Assembly (NCBI RefSeq): GCF_009914755.1
Contig: NC_060932.1
DNA from: the human T2T-CHM13v2.0 reference genome, Homo sapiens
Length of the DNA: 64,000 nucleotides
Strand: one strand, 5' to 3'
Shown: piece after piece, positions 27,126 to 39,622 of the stretch
Position numbering within the stretch: position 1 is the first letter of the stretch
How the letters are laid out: each line of letters opens with the position of its first letter
Translations under genes and position numbers: made by a program
Notes under the pieces: generated by a model
The model's database searches: none
Seen by the model: only the letters and a program-made list of their open reading frames with translations
What the model was told of the DNA's origin: nothing

Positions 27126-28609
27126 GCAGCTGATAATTATATGGACATTTTAGTGCCAAAATACTTCCCACCCTATCAATATTCTGATTAAGAATAATAA
27201 TAAAGCAGCGTGTCATGAGACTATGCTGTCATGGCTTCTTACTCTTGTATATTTTTATCCTCTCTACCCTGAATTCTTTACACATGGCATGCTGAGTGTA
27301 ACATTATTTTGTCTCTGCTAAAAGACAGTGTCAAATAAAATTAGTCCTCTCAATTCTATGCCATAACAATGTCTATAGAAGTGTATTACAGTTTTTATTT
27401 AATATATTACATATATTTGTGCATGTGTGTCTTTATAAATCATAATGAAAGCTCTAATGCATTTTGGAAGCCAGCAGCATATTCATCGAAGATAAAAAAA
27501 AAAAAGGCTCTATTCTGAGTGAAGTCTTCCTTAAATAAAAGGGAAATGAGGACATACAGCCTTGCTCAGAAGGATTTTACTTGAAGAAAATGGAAGTGTT
27601 TTCATTAGGGAAAAGATTTAGTTTGCTACACATGAATTTGGGCATCTTGGGGTAACACATTTTGATTTGTTGTATGTGTGTGTCTATGTGTGTTCACATG
27701 TGTTAGGGATAAGGTAAGGAAGTGATATTGCAAGACACAGAAAAAGAAAAATGGCTGAGATAGGAATACATCACTGTGATAAGGATAAAGTCGTATGAGC
27801 TCTTCCTCACAGGGCCATTGAGTTATCACATCCAAAAGGATGGATGCTAGCCTCATCTGTGCATTCTTAAGGCAGCTGAGACTGAAGATGCTTGGAGGGG
27901 CCCAAGAGAAAAAAGCTTCATTCCGTAAGTGTGTGTGTCAAGTAACTGAGCCAGTGGATAAACAGAGCTGAACAAGTGACAAACATAAAACCTAGCACAT
28001 TACACCCCTCACTACCTCGGGCAAAACCCAGCTAATGAAGAATATGATAAGTGAGTCCACCTCACATTTCCATTCCTAGCCCTGTCTCACCATACCCCCA
28101 GGCACTGGATGACATGATCTCAGTCCTCCTTTCATTTCCAGCTTGAGACCATGGTCCTCTGATTCTGGGATCAGAGCAAGCAAGTCTGTATTCCGTACGG
28201 TTAAAGCTTTGCTTTCATCTAAGGTTCTTGTTCCTCAGCTAGACCTCTAGGGGTGATAACATCTTGCTTTCCTGGCTTGCTAAGAATGCCTTATGATACA
28301 GCAACTCAATTGATATAAAAGAGTCAAACAACAAACTCAAGCTGTAAGCCCCAGCAAAAGTCATCAAGATAGATTGTCCCCTGCCCCCACTACCAAATCC
28401 TTCAGATAAGAGTCATTTCTAAAGGAATACAGGGCATAATTTAAAAAGTAAATATTTGATATAGTACTTAGCACAAAAATAGTCATTAATATCTGTGGAA
28501 TGATCAGATGCTTATATTTGTCATCAATTGTCATCAATAGTGGTGTATACATTGACCTTCTGAGACATTTCCTTGCATTTGAGGGGAATTACTTTAGGGA
28601 CAATCACTG

Positions 28610-28830
28610 ATGCACTGAAAAGGACATAAGCATTAAATTGAAGTCTCAGTTCTTCTACTTGCTGGCTTCATAATCTTCATCAAATTACTTAATTTGTATA
28701 AGCTTCAATTCCTCATCTATAAAATGACTATCATAGAACAACATAGAGATTGTAAGGATCCAATAAGATTTTATGTCAGTAGCACCTAGCACTGTGGTTG
28801 TCATAAAGACAAGAATTGATGAATGTCATC
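28610..28830 (+). mobile_element. MIR SINE
   Basis: CAAATTACTTAATTTGTATAAGCTTCAATTCCTCATCTATAAAATG...GATTGTAAGGAT...CACCTAGCAC. Confidence 0.8.
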
Positions 28831-31128
28831 TCCTTTTCACTGCTCTTTGGTTTTGTGAATTATTATTTTATGCATTTATTCAATGACAATTAGCAACAAA
28901 AATGTAAATAGCAAAAACAACAGACATAGTTTTGGGGGGCCTTTGGTTGAGTATGGTGACATGATCATGTGTATTTATATTTCTGAAGGCCCTTTAAAAT
29001 TACTATAAAGAAATTGAAAAGGTATATACCTGCAAATACAAAGGGGATGAAAGAGAAGGCAAAAGTGAATGAGAGATGCTGACAAACATTTGGAAATAGA
29101 AATAAGATGGGTGAGAAGTGCATGACTTAGGAGATAAAAGAAAGCTGAACCCAAGTGCATCAGAAAGGTATATAAATGAGAAGCAAGTCTATTCAAGTAA
29201 AAGAATATTAGGAAAAACCAGGACTGAGATGCTTGCTTTCTTCCATAGAAAATGAGAGTGAAAAGTGGGGCTGAAGATAGGAAATTTAACTGAAAGTCTG
29301 TGTAAGAAGCAGGTAGGCTGTCAGATCTTGCCATTTCTCCACCCCTATACCATATGCCCAGCAAGGTGATGATGCTTCCTTCACCCTGCTAAGAAAATAG
29401 AGGCTTATTTCCTGAAGAAACTAAACCATGGAGTCACCAGACTATGGATCCCAGGCACAGTGGAGCATGGAGTTGAGGTACTAGTATGAAAAAGAAACAG
29501 TAAGAGAAAGTAAACTCAATGCACATTGAAACCTCAAGCATCATTTCCTCTGTTTTACTCCTAGAATATGGGCAGCCAAGCTAAAGACCCAAGAGAGGAA
29601 GTTAGGCAATTCATTTCCGGATAAACTGTTAGAAAGAAAAAAGAATCTGAGGTTCCAACATTTGAAGTCCCCATGAAAATGGTCAAAATCCCTGCCCGAC
29701 CATCTTACAATAAAGCTCACTCATTGAAATCTCTGCTCCCACACACAGACCTTTCAATCAGCTTTTTAGTGTCTTGGTATTATGACCGAGTGAGTCACCA
29801 AAGATCACCGACATTTATGGAATGATTCTAACAAGAAAGATCCAAGTTTAAATAAATAGGTGAAGAAAATTTGTCTGAAAGGGAGGCAATGAAAGGAGCA
29901 GAGGAAAACTGGGAAAATAGAGGTGTCTTCGGAGTGGCTGACTAGAGGCACTTGGCACTTGCCTCCTCCACAAAGAACGAAGACAGTGGGTAATCACATA
30001 TCGAATAGAGTGTCTAAGAGACAACACTAGAATTCAGAGGGGAAGTGACAGGAAACCTCTGTGGCATGGAAAGAGAGGGAAGTGAAGCAGCCAGCCTGGC
30101 TTGGATTGGCTCCAAGCCACAAGAAACGTCCCAGCGTAGGGAAATGAAAGTGAGAGATCCCCAGGATTCCACATTCCCACCATGGACTCCTGCAATCCTA
30201 GCTACAGGGAGAGCCCTTTGGTCCACACAGGCCCTGAGACTAGTACAAAAAGACTGTATGGAATCCACACAATGGCACTGTCCCAGAGAAAAAGTTTACA
30301 CCAGGTCCCACATTACCCTGCACCCAAGGTACTGCTGTAGGGCATCATTTTGAGAGCTCAGACCCTACCAGACTATATACTCTGGGGTTCAAGAGCCCCT
30401 GCATCTCTATATCCTGGGAGCCCTGCTAACATACCCTACATCCACCCAGATGGCTGTAGCATTGCAACACCAGCTGGATCCAGTGGTGCAGCCAGGTCCC
30501 CAGCACTCTAGACCATGCAGTGTCCTGTACCCTAGGGAATGGATGGGACTGTGTACAGAGGAGGCTGCCAGCAAGACAAAGGAAGCTGAAGCTCATACTC
30601 TTCAGAGCCTGAGAGCTGCCCATCTGAGGTTGCTGCCACTGACAGCATCTCCATCAGTCCCCAGCAGCAGGGCTACTGTGCACTTACACATACCTTCAGG
30701 GAAACTGGGGACCCACCAACCTGGGCACCAACCCAGGGCCTGAGTACAGGCCTGACTGTCTTGCTGCCATAGGCACTTGCAAATGACATCCAGGGGCCTG
30801 AGAACAGTCCCATGCCACCTGCTATTACTATCACTGGTGCACACCATCTGGGGACTTGAAAAATGACCTTCCCTACCTGCCATGGAGGCACCCATGCACA
30901 TTTCTGGGGGCCTAAACTCAGGCCTGTCCCACCTACCACAACCACAACTGGTACCCCAGTGTGCTGGGGGCCTGGGAATTGACCTACCCTGCCAACCACA
31001 GCCTGAAGCCATGTACACCATCTAGGGGTTCCTGAGAACAGACCTGCCCCACTCAATACCACCCCTGCCAGTGTCCACATGCATCACTTGGGAGCCTGCA
31101 GGTCATCATGCCCTGTTCACTGCCACTG

Positions 31129-31129
<1 letters not shown>

Positions 31130-31166
<37 letters not shown>
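31130..31166. repeat. (CA)n microsatellite inside the L1 5' UTR
   Basis: Seen directly; uninterrupted tract. Confidence 0.95.
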
Positions 31167-31167
<1 letters not shown>

Positions 31168-33160
31168 ATTGAGGGGATGGGAAGAAAGGCCCACCCCGCT
31201 TACCTCTGCTGGCATTCACACTCACTATCTAGGGGCCTCAGGATCAGCCCACCCTGCCTCCTGCCACTGGCATCCATGTACAATTTCTGGGGATCTGAGG
31301 ATGGGACCAACCTGCCTGCTACCACCACTGCTGCTGGCATATACTCACACATGCCACATGGAGACATGGGGACTAACCTTCTCAGCCCGCTGCCACCACC
31401 ATTGGCACCCTCACTTGACTTTTGACAGCCTAAATACTGGCCTGCCACTGCTACTCTACCATTGTGGACCTCACATATGCTGCTTAGGGGCCTGAGAACT
31501 CCCTGCCCAGCCAGTCCTCTGCTGCCACTGCTGGCACCCAAGCAATTTGCCTGGAGGCCCAAAAATTGGCCTGACCTGCCCTGCTACCCCGGTTCAACTG
31601 TATGCCATCCAGTGGCTCAAGGACCAGCATCCCTGCTTGCCATTGCCACCACTGGTGCCTGAGGACCATCCCACCTGGCATCCCTGTGCCCAGCAAACCC
31701 TCATCACAGCATCTACTAAGAACTGCAGCCTGAGCCACTGCAGAAGTCACAGAAATTACTGATGCTGATTACATCCAAAAACCATTCATACAGAAACTAC
31801 ATTATAGGAAAAAGTCTCTATAGGAAAAAGTCTCCCTACAAAAGCCAATGCATAAAATTGGAAGAAGTAACTGTTATGCCAAATACACAGATATCAACAT
31901 GAGGATACAAGAAACATGTAAAAGCAAGAAAACATGACACCTCAAAAAGAACACAATAATTCTCTAGCAACAGATTCCAACAAACACAAAATCTATATCA
32001 TACCCGAAAAAAGAATTCAAAAGAATGATATTAAAGAAACTCAGTGAGATACAGAGAACATAGATATACAATACAAATAAGACAGAAACACAATTCATAA
32101 TTTGAATAATTAACTCAACAGAGATAAATAATTACAAAAAAGAACCAAGCAGAAATCCTGAAACTGAAGAATTCAATAAATGAAATATACAATTTGGAGT
32201 TTCAAGAATCGACTAAACCAAACAGAGGAAATAATTTCTAAACTTGAAGACAGGTCCTTTAAAATTATTCAGTTGGATTTGCAAAAAATAATTAAAAAGA
32301 ATGAAGAAAGCCTAGGTAACATATGGGACATCATAAAGCAATCAAATTTCTGAATTTTGGCAGTTCCAGAGGAAGAGATTGACAAAGGCAGAGAAAACCT
32401 ATTTAACAAAATAATAACAGAAAATTTCCCAAGTATTCTAACAGATATAGACACCCAGAGTTTCTCAGGAAACTCAAAGATGTCCAAATAGATTCAACCC
32501 AAAAAATTATTTTCCAAGGCACGTTATAGTCAAACTTTCAAAAGTCAAAGACAAAGACAGAATACAAATAACATTGGATTTCTCAGCAGAAACCTCACAA
32601 ATCAGAAGAGAATGGGATAATACATAGAAAGTGTTAAAAGAAAAAAAATACTATGTCACCAAGAACAATACACCCAACAAAGCTATTCTTCAGAAATAAA
32701 GGAGAAATAGTCCCAGGCAAGCAAAAACTAAGGAAATTTATCACCACTTGACCAGACTAATGAGAAATGCTTAAGAGAGTCATACTTCTGGAAGCAAAAG
32801 GAAAATATCTACCATCATGAAAACACACAAAAAAATGCAAAACTCACTGGTAAAGCAGATACTAAATGAGAAAGAGAAAGAAGTCAGAAGTTACCACTAC
32901 AAAAAACCACCCAACTATAATTATAAACAATAAGAGAGAAAGAAAGGGGTGGAGGATATACAAAACAACCAGAAAACAATTAAGAAGATGAAAAGAATAA
33001 GACATCACCAATAAATAATAACCTTGAATATAAATGGATTAAATTCCCAAATTAAAAGACAGAGACTGGCTGAATGGATAAAAATATCATGACCCAACTA
33101 TATGCTGCCTACAAGACAGTGACTTCACCTATAAAGGCACATATAGACTGAAAGTTCAGG

Positions 33161-33518
33161 GATGGAATACTACATAGCCATAAAAAGGATGACTTCATTT
33201 CCTTTGCAGGGACAGGGATGAAGCTGGGAACCATCATTCTCAGCAAACTAACACAGGAACAGGAAACCAAAGCCCACATGTTCTCATTCATAAGTGGGAG
33301 TTGAACAATGAAACACATGGACACAGGGAGGGGAACATCACACACCAGGGCCTGTCAGGGAGTCCGGGGCTAGGGGAGGGATAGCATTAGGAGAAATACC
33401 TAATGTAGATGATGGGCTGATGGATGCAGCAAACCACCATGGCACATGTATACCTATGTAACAAACCTTCACATTCTGCACATGTATCCCAGAACTTAAA
33501 GTATAATAATAAAAAAAT
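33161..33518 (+). mobile_element. 5'-truncated L1PA (about L1PA7/8) 3' end nested in the L1MA ORF2
   Basis: ATGGAATACTAC...GGGGCTAGGGGAGGGATAGCATTAGGAGAAATACC...CCCAGAACTTAAAGTATAATAATAAAAAAA, the canonical L1PA 3' UTR. Confidence 0.93.
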
Positions 33519-33881
33519 TGATGTCTTATCAAGTGTCTCTTTGGACCACAATAGAATAAAACTAGTAATCAATAACAAGAAGAATTTTGGAAACTGTACA
33601 TATACGTGGAAATTAAATAACATACTCCTGAACAAACACTGGGCCAATGAAGAAATTAAAAAGGACATAAAAAATTCTTGAAACAAAGGAAAATCAAAAT
33701 ACAACATACAAAAACCTATGGAATACAGCAAAAGCAATGCTAAGAGGGAAGTTTATAGCAATACATGCCTACATCAAATAAGTAGAAAGATTTCAAATAA
33801 ACAACATAATGATGCACCTCAGGAACTAGAAAAGAACAAAGCAAACACCAAATTAGTACAAGGAATGAAATAATAAAGGCT

Positions 33882-35566
33882 GGAGGTGATCACAATCCTG
33901 AAAGACACAATCCTGAACATCTTAATTATGAATTTTGAAATTCCAAAAGATCGAAATCCCAAAAATATAATTCTGGAAAAATAATTTAAATTTTTAAAAA
34001 AATATTTATTTACACTGTAAAAGGGGATTTCTTTGAGAATCATATAAGAACATGACAGACCACTTCAGAGGCCAATAAATTAAGCAATAATAGCAAATAT
34101 TTTTGCAAGTGTAACCACTCAGTTATACCAATGATAATCATGTGGGCATAACAGTTATGAACAGATAAACCATATTTACAAAGAAATAGCTCAAAAAGTG
34201 AAATGTATAAATTCATATCAATATGGTCGGTAATTTTGTGCATTATAACTGAGTCATCTGAAATTTTGTGGCAAGTTAAGTCTTTTGATGAAATTGATGA
34301 AAAACTCTAGTGGGTCACCATTGCATCACCACCACACTAGTCACTCAAAGAGACAAGATCTCAAGATATTTTTATCTTTCACAACTACAGATTCATTCCA
34401 TTCATTTACTGAGGAAATTGCAGTGTTTTTACTTAGACACAAAGTCAATGTTGTGTTAGTGCATTTTCATAGAGTCACAGTTGCAAAAAATGTATAAATG
34501 AATTAGAACTCTCTAAAAACCTACAGATTTGTACCTCCAATACTGGAAATAATGTGAAGATGAAATACATAGCATAATTGACCATTAAAAATAGTAAAAA
34601 AAAAACCCTGAAAAAATTAAAAATAAAATAAAAGGGACAAATAAACTAAAAATAAATTTAGACATATGAAAAAGTATATTACAGGGATAAATAGATCATA
34701 GGTAACGACACCCAGATGGTTCACAAGAACTGGCTGACTTTCACGTTAATTAACTATATTTTGAAGTCTTGCATTACAATGAATAGCTTCTTTTTATTTT
34801 AAAGGACATAGCTCTCCTTGGAGAATACATTCACTTCATTTTCTACATGGTGATGCTCTTTTGGAATTCTTCTGTGATTCAATATATACTGACATGAGTG
34901 TTCCCCATTAGATTTTTTCCATCTTCTATGCCAAGCTTCTATGTTGTTTCAGGTATGTGGAAAGATTCTATATGCACTCATCTGCAGACTACAAATATGG
35001 CAGAAAAAATTACTGGTTATTGAACAGCAACATCTTTGCCTAAGTGTCTTCTTATCCCATCATGCACATAAGTATTTTCAAACCAGTCAGTAACTTCATT
35101 GACTCCTTCAGGCAAATATGGCTTACTTCATTAAAAGCTCCTGAAATGTCATCTTCTGAAAAATATGCCAATTCAGAAAATGAAGCATTTTTTAAACTTA
35201 AGTTTTCATTGTTGTCATATTGCATGGCCAATCTACTCATCTGACTTTTCTGCCAAATGCATTGGACAGAGTGGAAAAAATAAACTTAATAACACCTTAA
35301 AATTCCATTTTAGAAGTCTTCATCACATCTAATTCCAAGTCTCTCAACATGGTTTGGGGATTGAATTGAAATTCATTTTCTTCTTCATAAAGAAAATAAT
35401 AAAGCTCCACCTAACATGATACAATTATCATGTGATTGTAATATTGGAGATTGTAGACATTAAGGGTTGTAAACTTTAGGGATTTTTACTTCAGGAATTT
35501 GATCTTTAGAAATTTCAACATTTGGGATGATGACATTCAGGATTGTGTCTTTCAGGATTATGATTC
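33882..35566 (-). mobile_element. Ricksha-like MULE-MuDR DNA transposon nested in the L1MA
   Basis: Terminal inverted repeats ATCACAATCCTGAAAGACACAATCCTGAA / TTCAGGATTGTGTCTTTCAGGATTATGAT. The host L1 phrase AAATAATAAAG|ATCAGAGCAGAAC is split around it. A minus-strand remnant reads FFHSVQCIWQ, resembling a MULE transposase motif. Confidence 0.82.
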
Positions 35567-38488
35567 TAAAGATCAGAGCAGAACTAAATGACACAGAAAC
35601 AAAAAAAATGATACAAAGGATCAAGCAAACAAAAGTTGATTTTTTGAATTAATAAGAAAAACTGACAGACTAACAGCTAGATTAATAAAGAAAAAAGTGA
35701 GAAGACCCAAATACATATATTGAGAAATGTAAAAGGAGACATTACAACTGATACCACAAAAATACTAAGGATCAGTAGAAAAAATGATTAACTATATAAT
35801 TTGTTAGTCTATAGTTGTTCACTAGAAAAAACACCTAGATCAAAACCTAGAAGAAATGAATAAATTCTAGGATCCAGTCCACCCAGATTGAAACAAAAAG
35901 ACATAGAAAACATAAACAGACCAATAATGAGATTGAATTATTAATAAAATGTCTTTCCACAAATGAGTCAAGGACTGGATGGCTTTACTGTTGAATTCCA
36001 CGAAACCTGTAAAGAACTACCACCAGTTTTTTTCAAACTATTCCAAAAAATTTAAAAGGAGGGAATTCTTTCTAATTCATTTGAGAGGTCAGCATTACCA
36101 TAATATCATAATCAGAGAAAGGCACAACAAAAAATAAAGCTATATACCAATATTCCTGATGAGCATACATGCAAAAATCTTTCGTATATTATGAACAAAC
36201 TAAATCCAACAACACATCAAAAAGACAATACAACATGGTCAAGTGGGATTTATACCAGGAATTCAACGATGGTTTAATATATATCAATCAAAAACATGAT
36301 ACATCACATTAACAAATTGAAGAACAAAAACCATGATTATCTCAACATGTGCAGAAAAAGGATTTGATAAAATTCAACATGTCTTCATGATAAAAACTCT
36401 CAATAAATTAGACATAGAAAGAATATATCTTAATATAATAAAGACAATATATGACAAATCCACAGCTAACATCATATTAAATGGGGAAGAGCTGAAAGGC
36501 TTTTATGGAAGAACTGGAGGAAAACAAGGATACCAGCTTTTACCATGCTTATTAAACATAGCATTAGAAGTCCTAGCCAGAGAGATAAAGAAAAAGCAAC
36601 CAAATTGGAAAAAAGGAAGTCAAATTGTCCCTTTTTGCAGAGGATATGATCTTATATATAGAAAAACCTAAAGACTCTACCAAAAAACTGCTGGAACTGA
36701 TAAACAAATTTGGTAAAGTTCCAGGATACAAAATCTATACACTTATAACAAACTAGCTGAAAAGGAAATCAAAAGTAATCTCATTTATAACAGCTACAAA
36801 AAATACCTAAGAATAAATTTAACCAAGGAAGTGAAAGAAAAAAATACCTAAGAATAAATTTAACTAAGGAAGTGTAGTTTTCACCACAAGGAAAACTACA
36901 AAACACTGATGAAAGAAAATGGAGGCACATACATGGAGAGACATCCCATGTTTGTGGATCAGAAAAGTTAATTTTGTTAAAACAACCATACTATCCAAAG
37001 CAATCTACAGATTTAATATAATCTCTACCAAAATATCAATGACATGCTTCACAGAAATAGAAAAAAATCCTAAAATTAATATGGAACCAAAAAAGATACC
37101 AAAAGCCAAAATATACTGAGGATAAAGAAGAAAGATAAAGTCATCACACTATCTGACTTCAGAATATACTACAAAGCTATAGTAACTAAAGCAGTAGTAT
37201 TGGTATAAAAATAGACATACGGAACAATGGAACAGAATGGAGAGCCCAGAAATAAATTAATTTATAGCCAAGTGATTTTCAACAAAGGCAACAAGAACCT
37301 ACATTGCGGAAAGGATACTTTCTTCAATAAATGGTGTAGTTTCTGGAAAACTGGACATCCATAGATAGAAGAATGAAACTACTCCCCTATGTCTCATCAT
37401 ATACAAAAGTAAACTCAAGACGGATTAAAGACTTAAATCTAAGACCAGAAACTATAAAACTATTAGAAGAAAACACAGGGAAAATGCTTCAGGATACTGG
37501 TTTAGGCAAAGATTTTTGGCTAAGACTTCAAAAGCACAGACAACAAAAACAAACCAATGGGACTATATTAAACTGAAAGCTTCTGCACAGTAAAGGAAAT
37601 AATCAACAAAGCAAAGAGACAACCTGTAATCAACAAAGCAAAGGGACAACCTGTAGAATGGATGAAATTATTGCCAAACTATTCATCTGACAAAGGAATA
37701 ATACACAGTATATAAAAAAACTCAAACTCAACAGCACAAAAACAAATAATTCCATTAAAAAGTGACCAAAGGATCTGAATAGACATTTTTCAAAAGAAGA
37801 GATATAAATGCTCAGCAGGTATATGAAAAAATGATCAACATCACTAATCATCAGGAAAATGCAAATCAAAACTACAGTGAGATATCATCTCACTCCAGTT
37901 AGAGTGGCTATCATAAAAAAGAAAAAAAAATAGTAAATGCTGGTGAGGATGTAGAGAAAAGGGAACTCTTATATACTGTTGGTGGGAATGTAAATCAATG
38001 CAGCCATTATGAAAAATAGTATGGAATTTTTTCAAAAAACTAAAAATAGAACTAACATACGTTCCAGCAATCCCATTACAGGGTATTTATTCAAAAGTCA
38101 GGAAACCAGTATATCAAACGGATACCTGTGCATCCATGCTTATTGCAGCACTATTCACAATAGCCAAGATATTTAATTAATCTAAGTATCCATCAATGAA
38201 TGAATACATTTTTTAAAATTTTATACACACACACACACATGCACATAATGGAATACTATTTAGCTATAAAAGGAATAAAATCCTGTCCTTTGCAGCAACA
38301 TGGGCAAAACTGGGGGTTATAATCTTAAGTAAAATAAGTCAGACACAGAAAGACAAATATTTTATGTTTTTCTTCATATGTAGGAGGTAAGGAAGTTAAT
38401 CTTAGGGAGGTAGAGAGTAGAATGATAGTACCAGATGTTGGAAAATGTGTTAGGGGTATGATGGGAGGTTGGTATATAGGTATAAATG

Positions 38489-38596
38489 ATACAGTTGGAT
38501 AGAAGGAATACATTCTAATGTTTGCTAGCATACTAGAGTGACTATACTCTAGTATGCTAGCAAACATTAGAATGTATTCCTTCTATCCAACTGTAT
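38489..38596. repeat. Perfect inverted repeat, 51-bp arms, 6-nt loop
   Basis: 38489-38539 is the exact reverse complement of 38546-38596; the loop is GACTAT. Confidence 0.98.
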
Positions 38597-39094
38597 ATTT
38601 ATTGTGTATTTAAAAATAGCCTGAAGAGAGTATTTGAAATGTTTCCAACACAATGAAATAATAAATGTTTGAGATGACAGATTCCCTAAATACCCTGATT
38701 TTACCATTATACACTGTATGCATTTGTGAAAATACCATGTGTTCTCCCTAAATATGTGCAATTATTATATATATGTTTAAATTTGCAAAATATCTAAAAT
38801 TGTATGCTTAGTGAATTTGTTTTTTGTATAGCAGGTCGGGAGGCATTAAAGACTTAACAATGAAGTACACAATATTAGCCTTAGGAGAAGGCAGTGTGAT
38901 CAAGGGTAGGGTACTAAAAAGAGGAAGCAACAACAGAAACCCACAAGGGACAAATCAGAGACCAAGAAAGAGCTATAAGATGAAAAAAAAAATGGAGAAA
39001 AAACTATTCAGAAAATAGACCAAGATTACAATGAAACAATGAATTAGAAAAAAAAAAAAGGATAGAAAGTAAGCAAGGATGTTATTTGGCTCAT

Positions 39095-39622
39095 TTGACT
39101 ATTGTGAATATGCCTGCATCACATCAGCTCAATCCAGTTCTCATTTTGGTAATATCTTGGGAGGGCAGACACTCCTCGTGCTTACAGGGTCCTATCTCAA
39201 GCACTGGCTTTCTGCCACAGTGTCTTTTCCAAGGCTTTGGGGGCAAGTGGGATTCTTGCACAGTAGCATCCTTGAAGTCCAAGGGATGGGAAATAAAAGC
39301 CCCCAGGGTCATCCTCAACAGATGGGAAATGGAAGTCAGGGAATATATGTTCTAGCCTTCCAGCCTTCAAGGGAACAATTCTGGAAGATATTCTGGATGC
39401 TTTACAAGAGGTCCTGGAAGAACTTACCTTCTAGTCCAACTCCTCCTACCCACAGCAGCAACCTCTGTATCTTTTTCTCCAGGCCTCATATTTTCTCCTT
39501 TCCTCATTCACTCTCCCTGCTCTCTCACTCCTGCTTCCTAGAATCATCTGCATAATAAACAACCTCCATCCACATTCTCATCTCAGTTCTGATTTCAGCA
39601 TCCAAAGAAACTCAAAACTACA
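39095..39622 (+). mobile_element. ERVL solo LTR (LTR16-like)
   Basis: CCCCAGGGTCATCCTCAAC...CTCACTCCTGCTTCCTAGAATCATCTGCATAATAAAC...TCTCAGTTCTG resembles the LTR16 consensus as recalled. Confidence 0.65.

Larger units (their letters stand above)
29921..38778 (+). mobile_element. Near full-length decayed LINE-1 (L1MA4/5-like) with 5' UTR, ORF1, ORF2 and 3' UTR; interrupted by two insertions
   Basis: Begins ...GGAGTGGCTGACTAGAGGCAC. GC-rich 5' UTR to about 31800, ORF1 remnants about 31900-32800. ORF2 remnants include [16 protein letters not shown] (36333) and [16 protein letters not shown] (ORF at 37373). L1MA-type 3' UTR ends AAATATGTGCAATTATTAT. Confidence 0.92.

Noticed and set aside
30715-31690. 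CRISPR-like periodic array
   Set aside because: The units are degenerate, lie inside a eukaryotic LINE and have no cas genes nearby.
30014-31762. Cluster of overlapping 65-139 aa ORFs
   Set aside because: These arise from the GC-rich, stop-poor L1 5' UTR and show no protein family resemblance.
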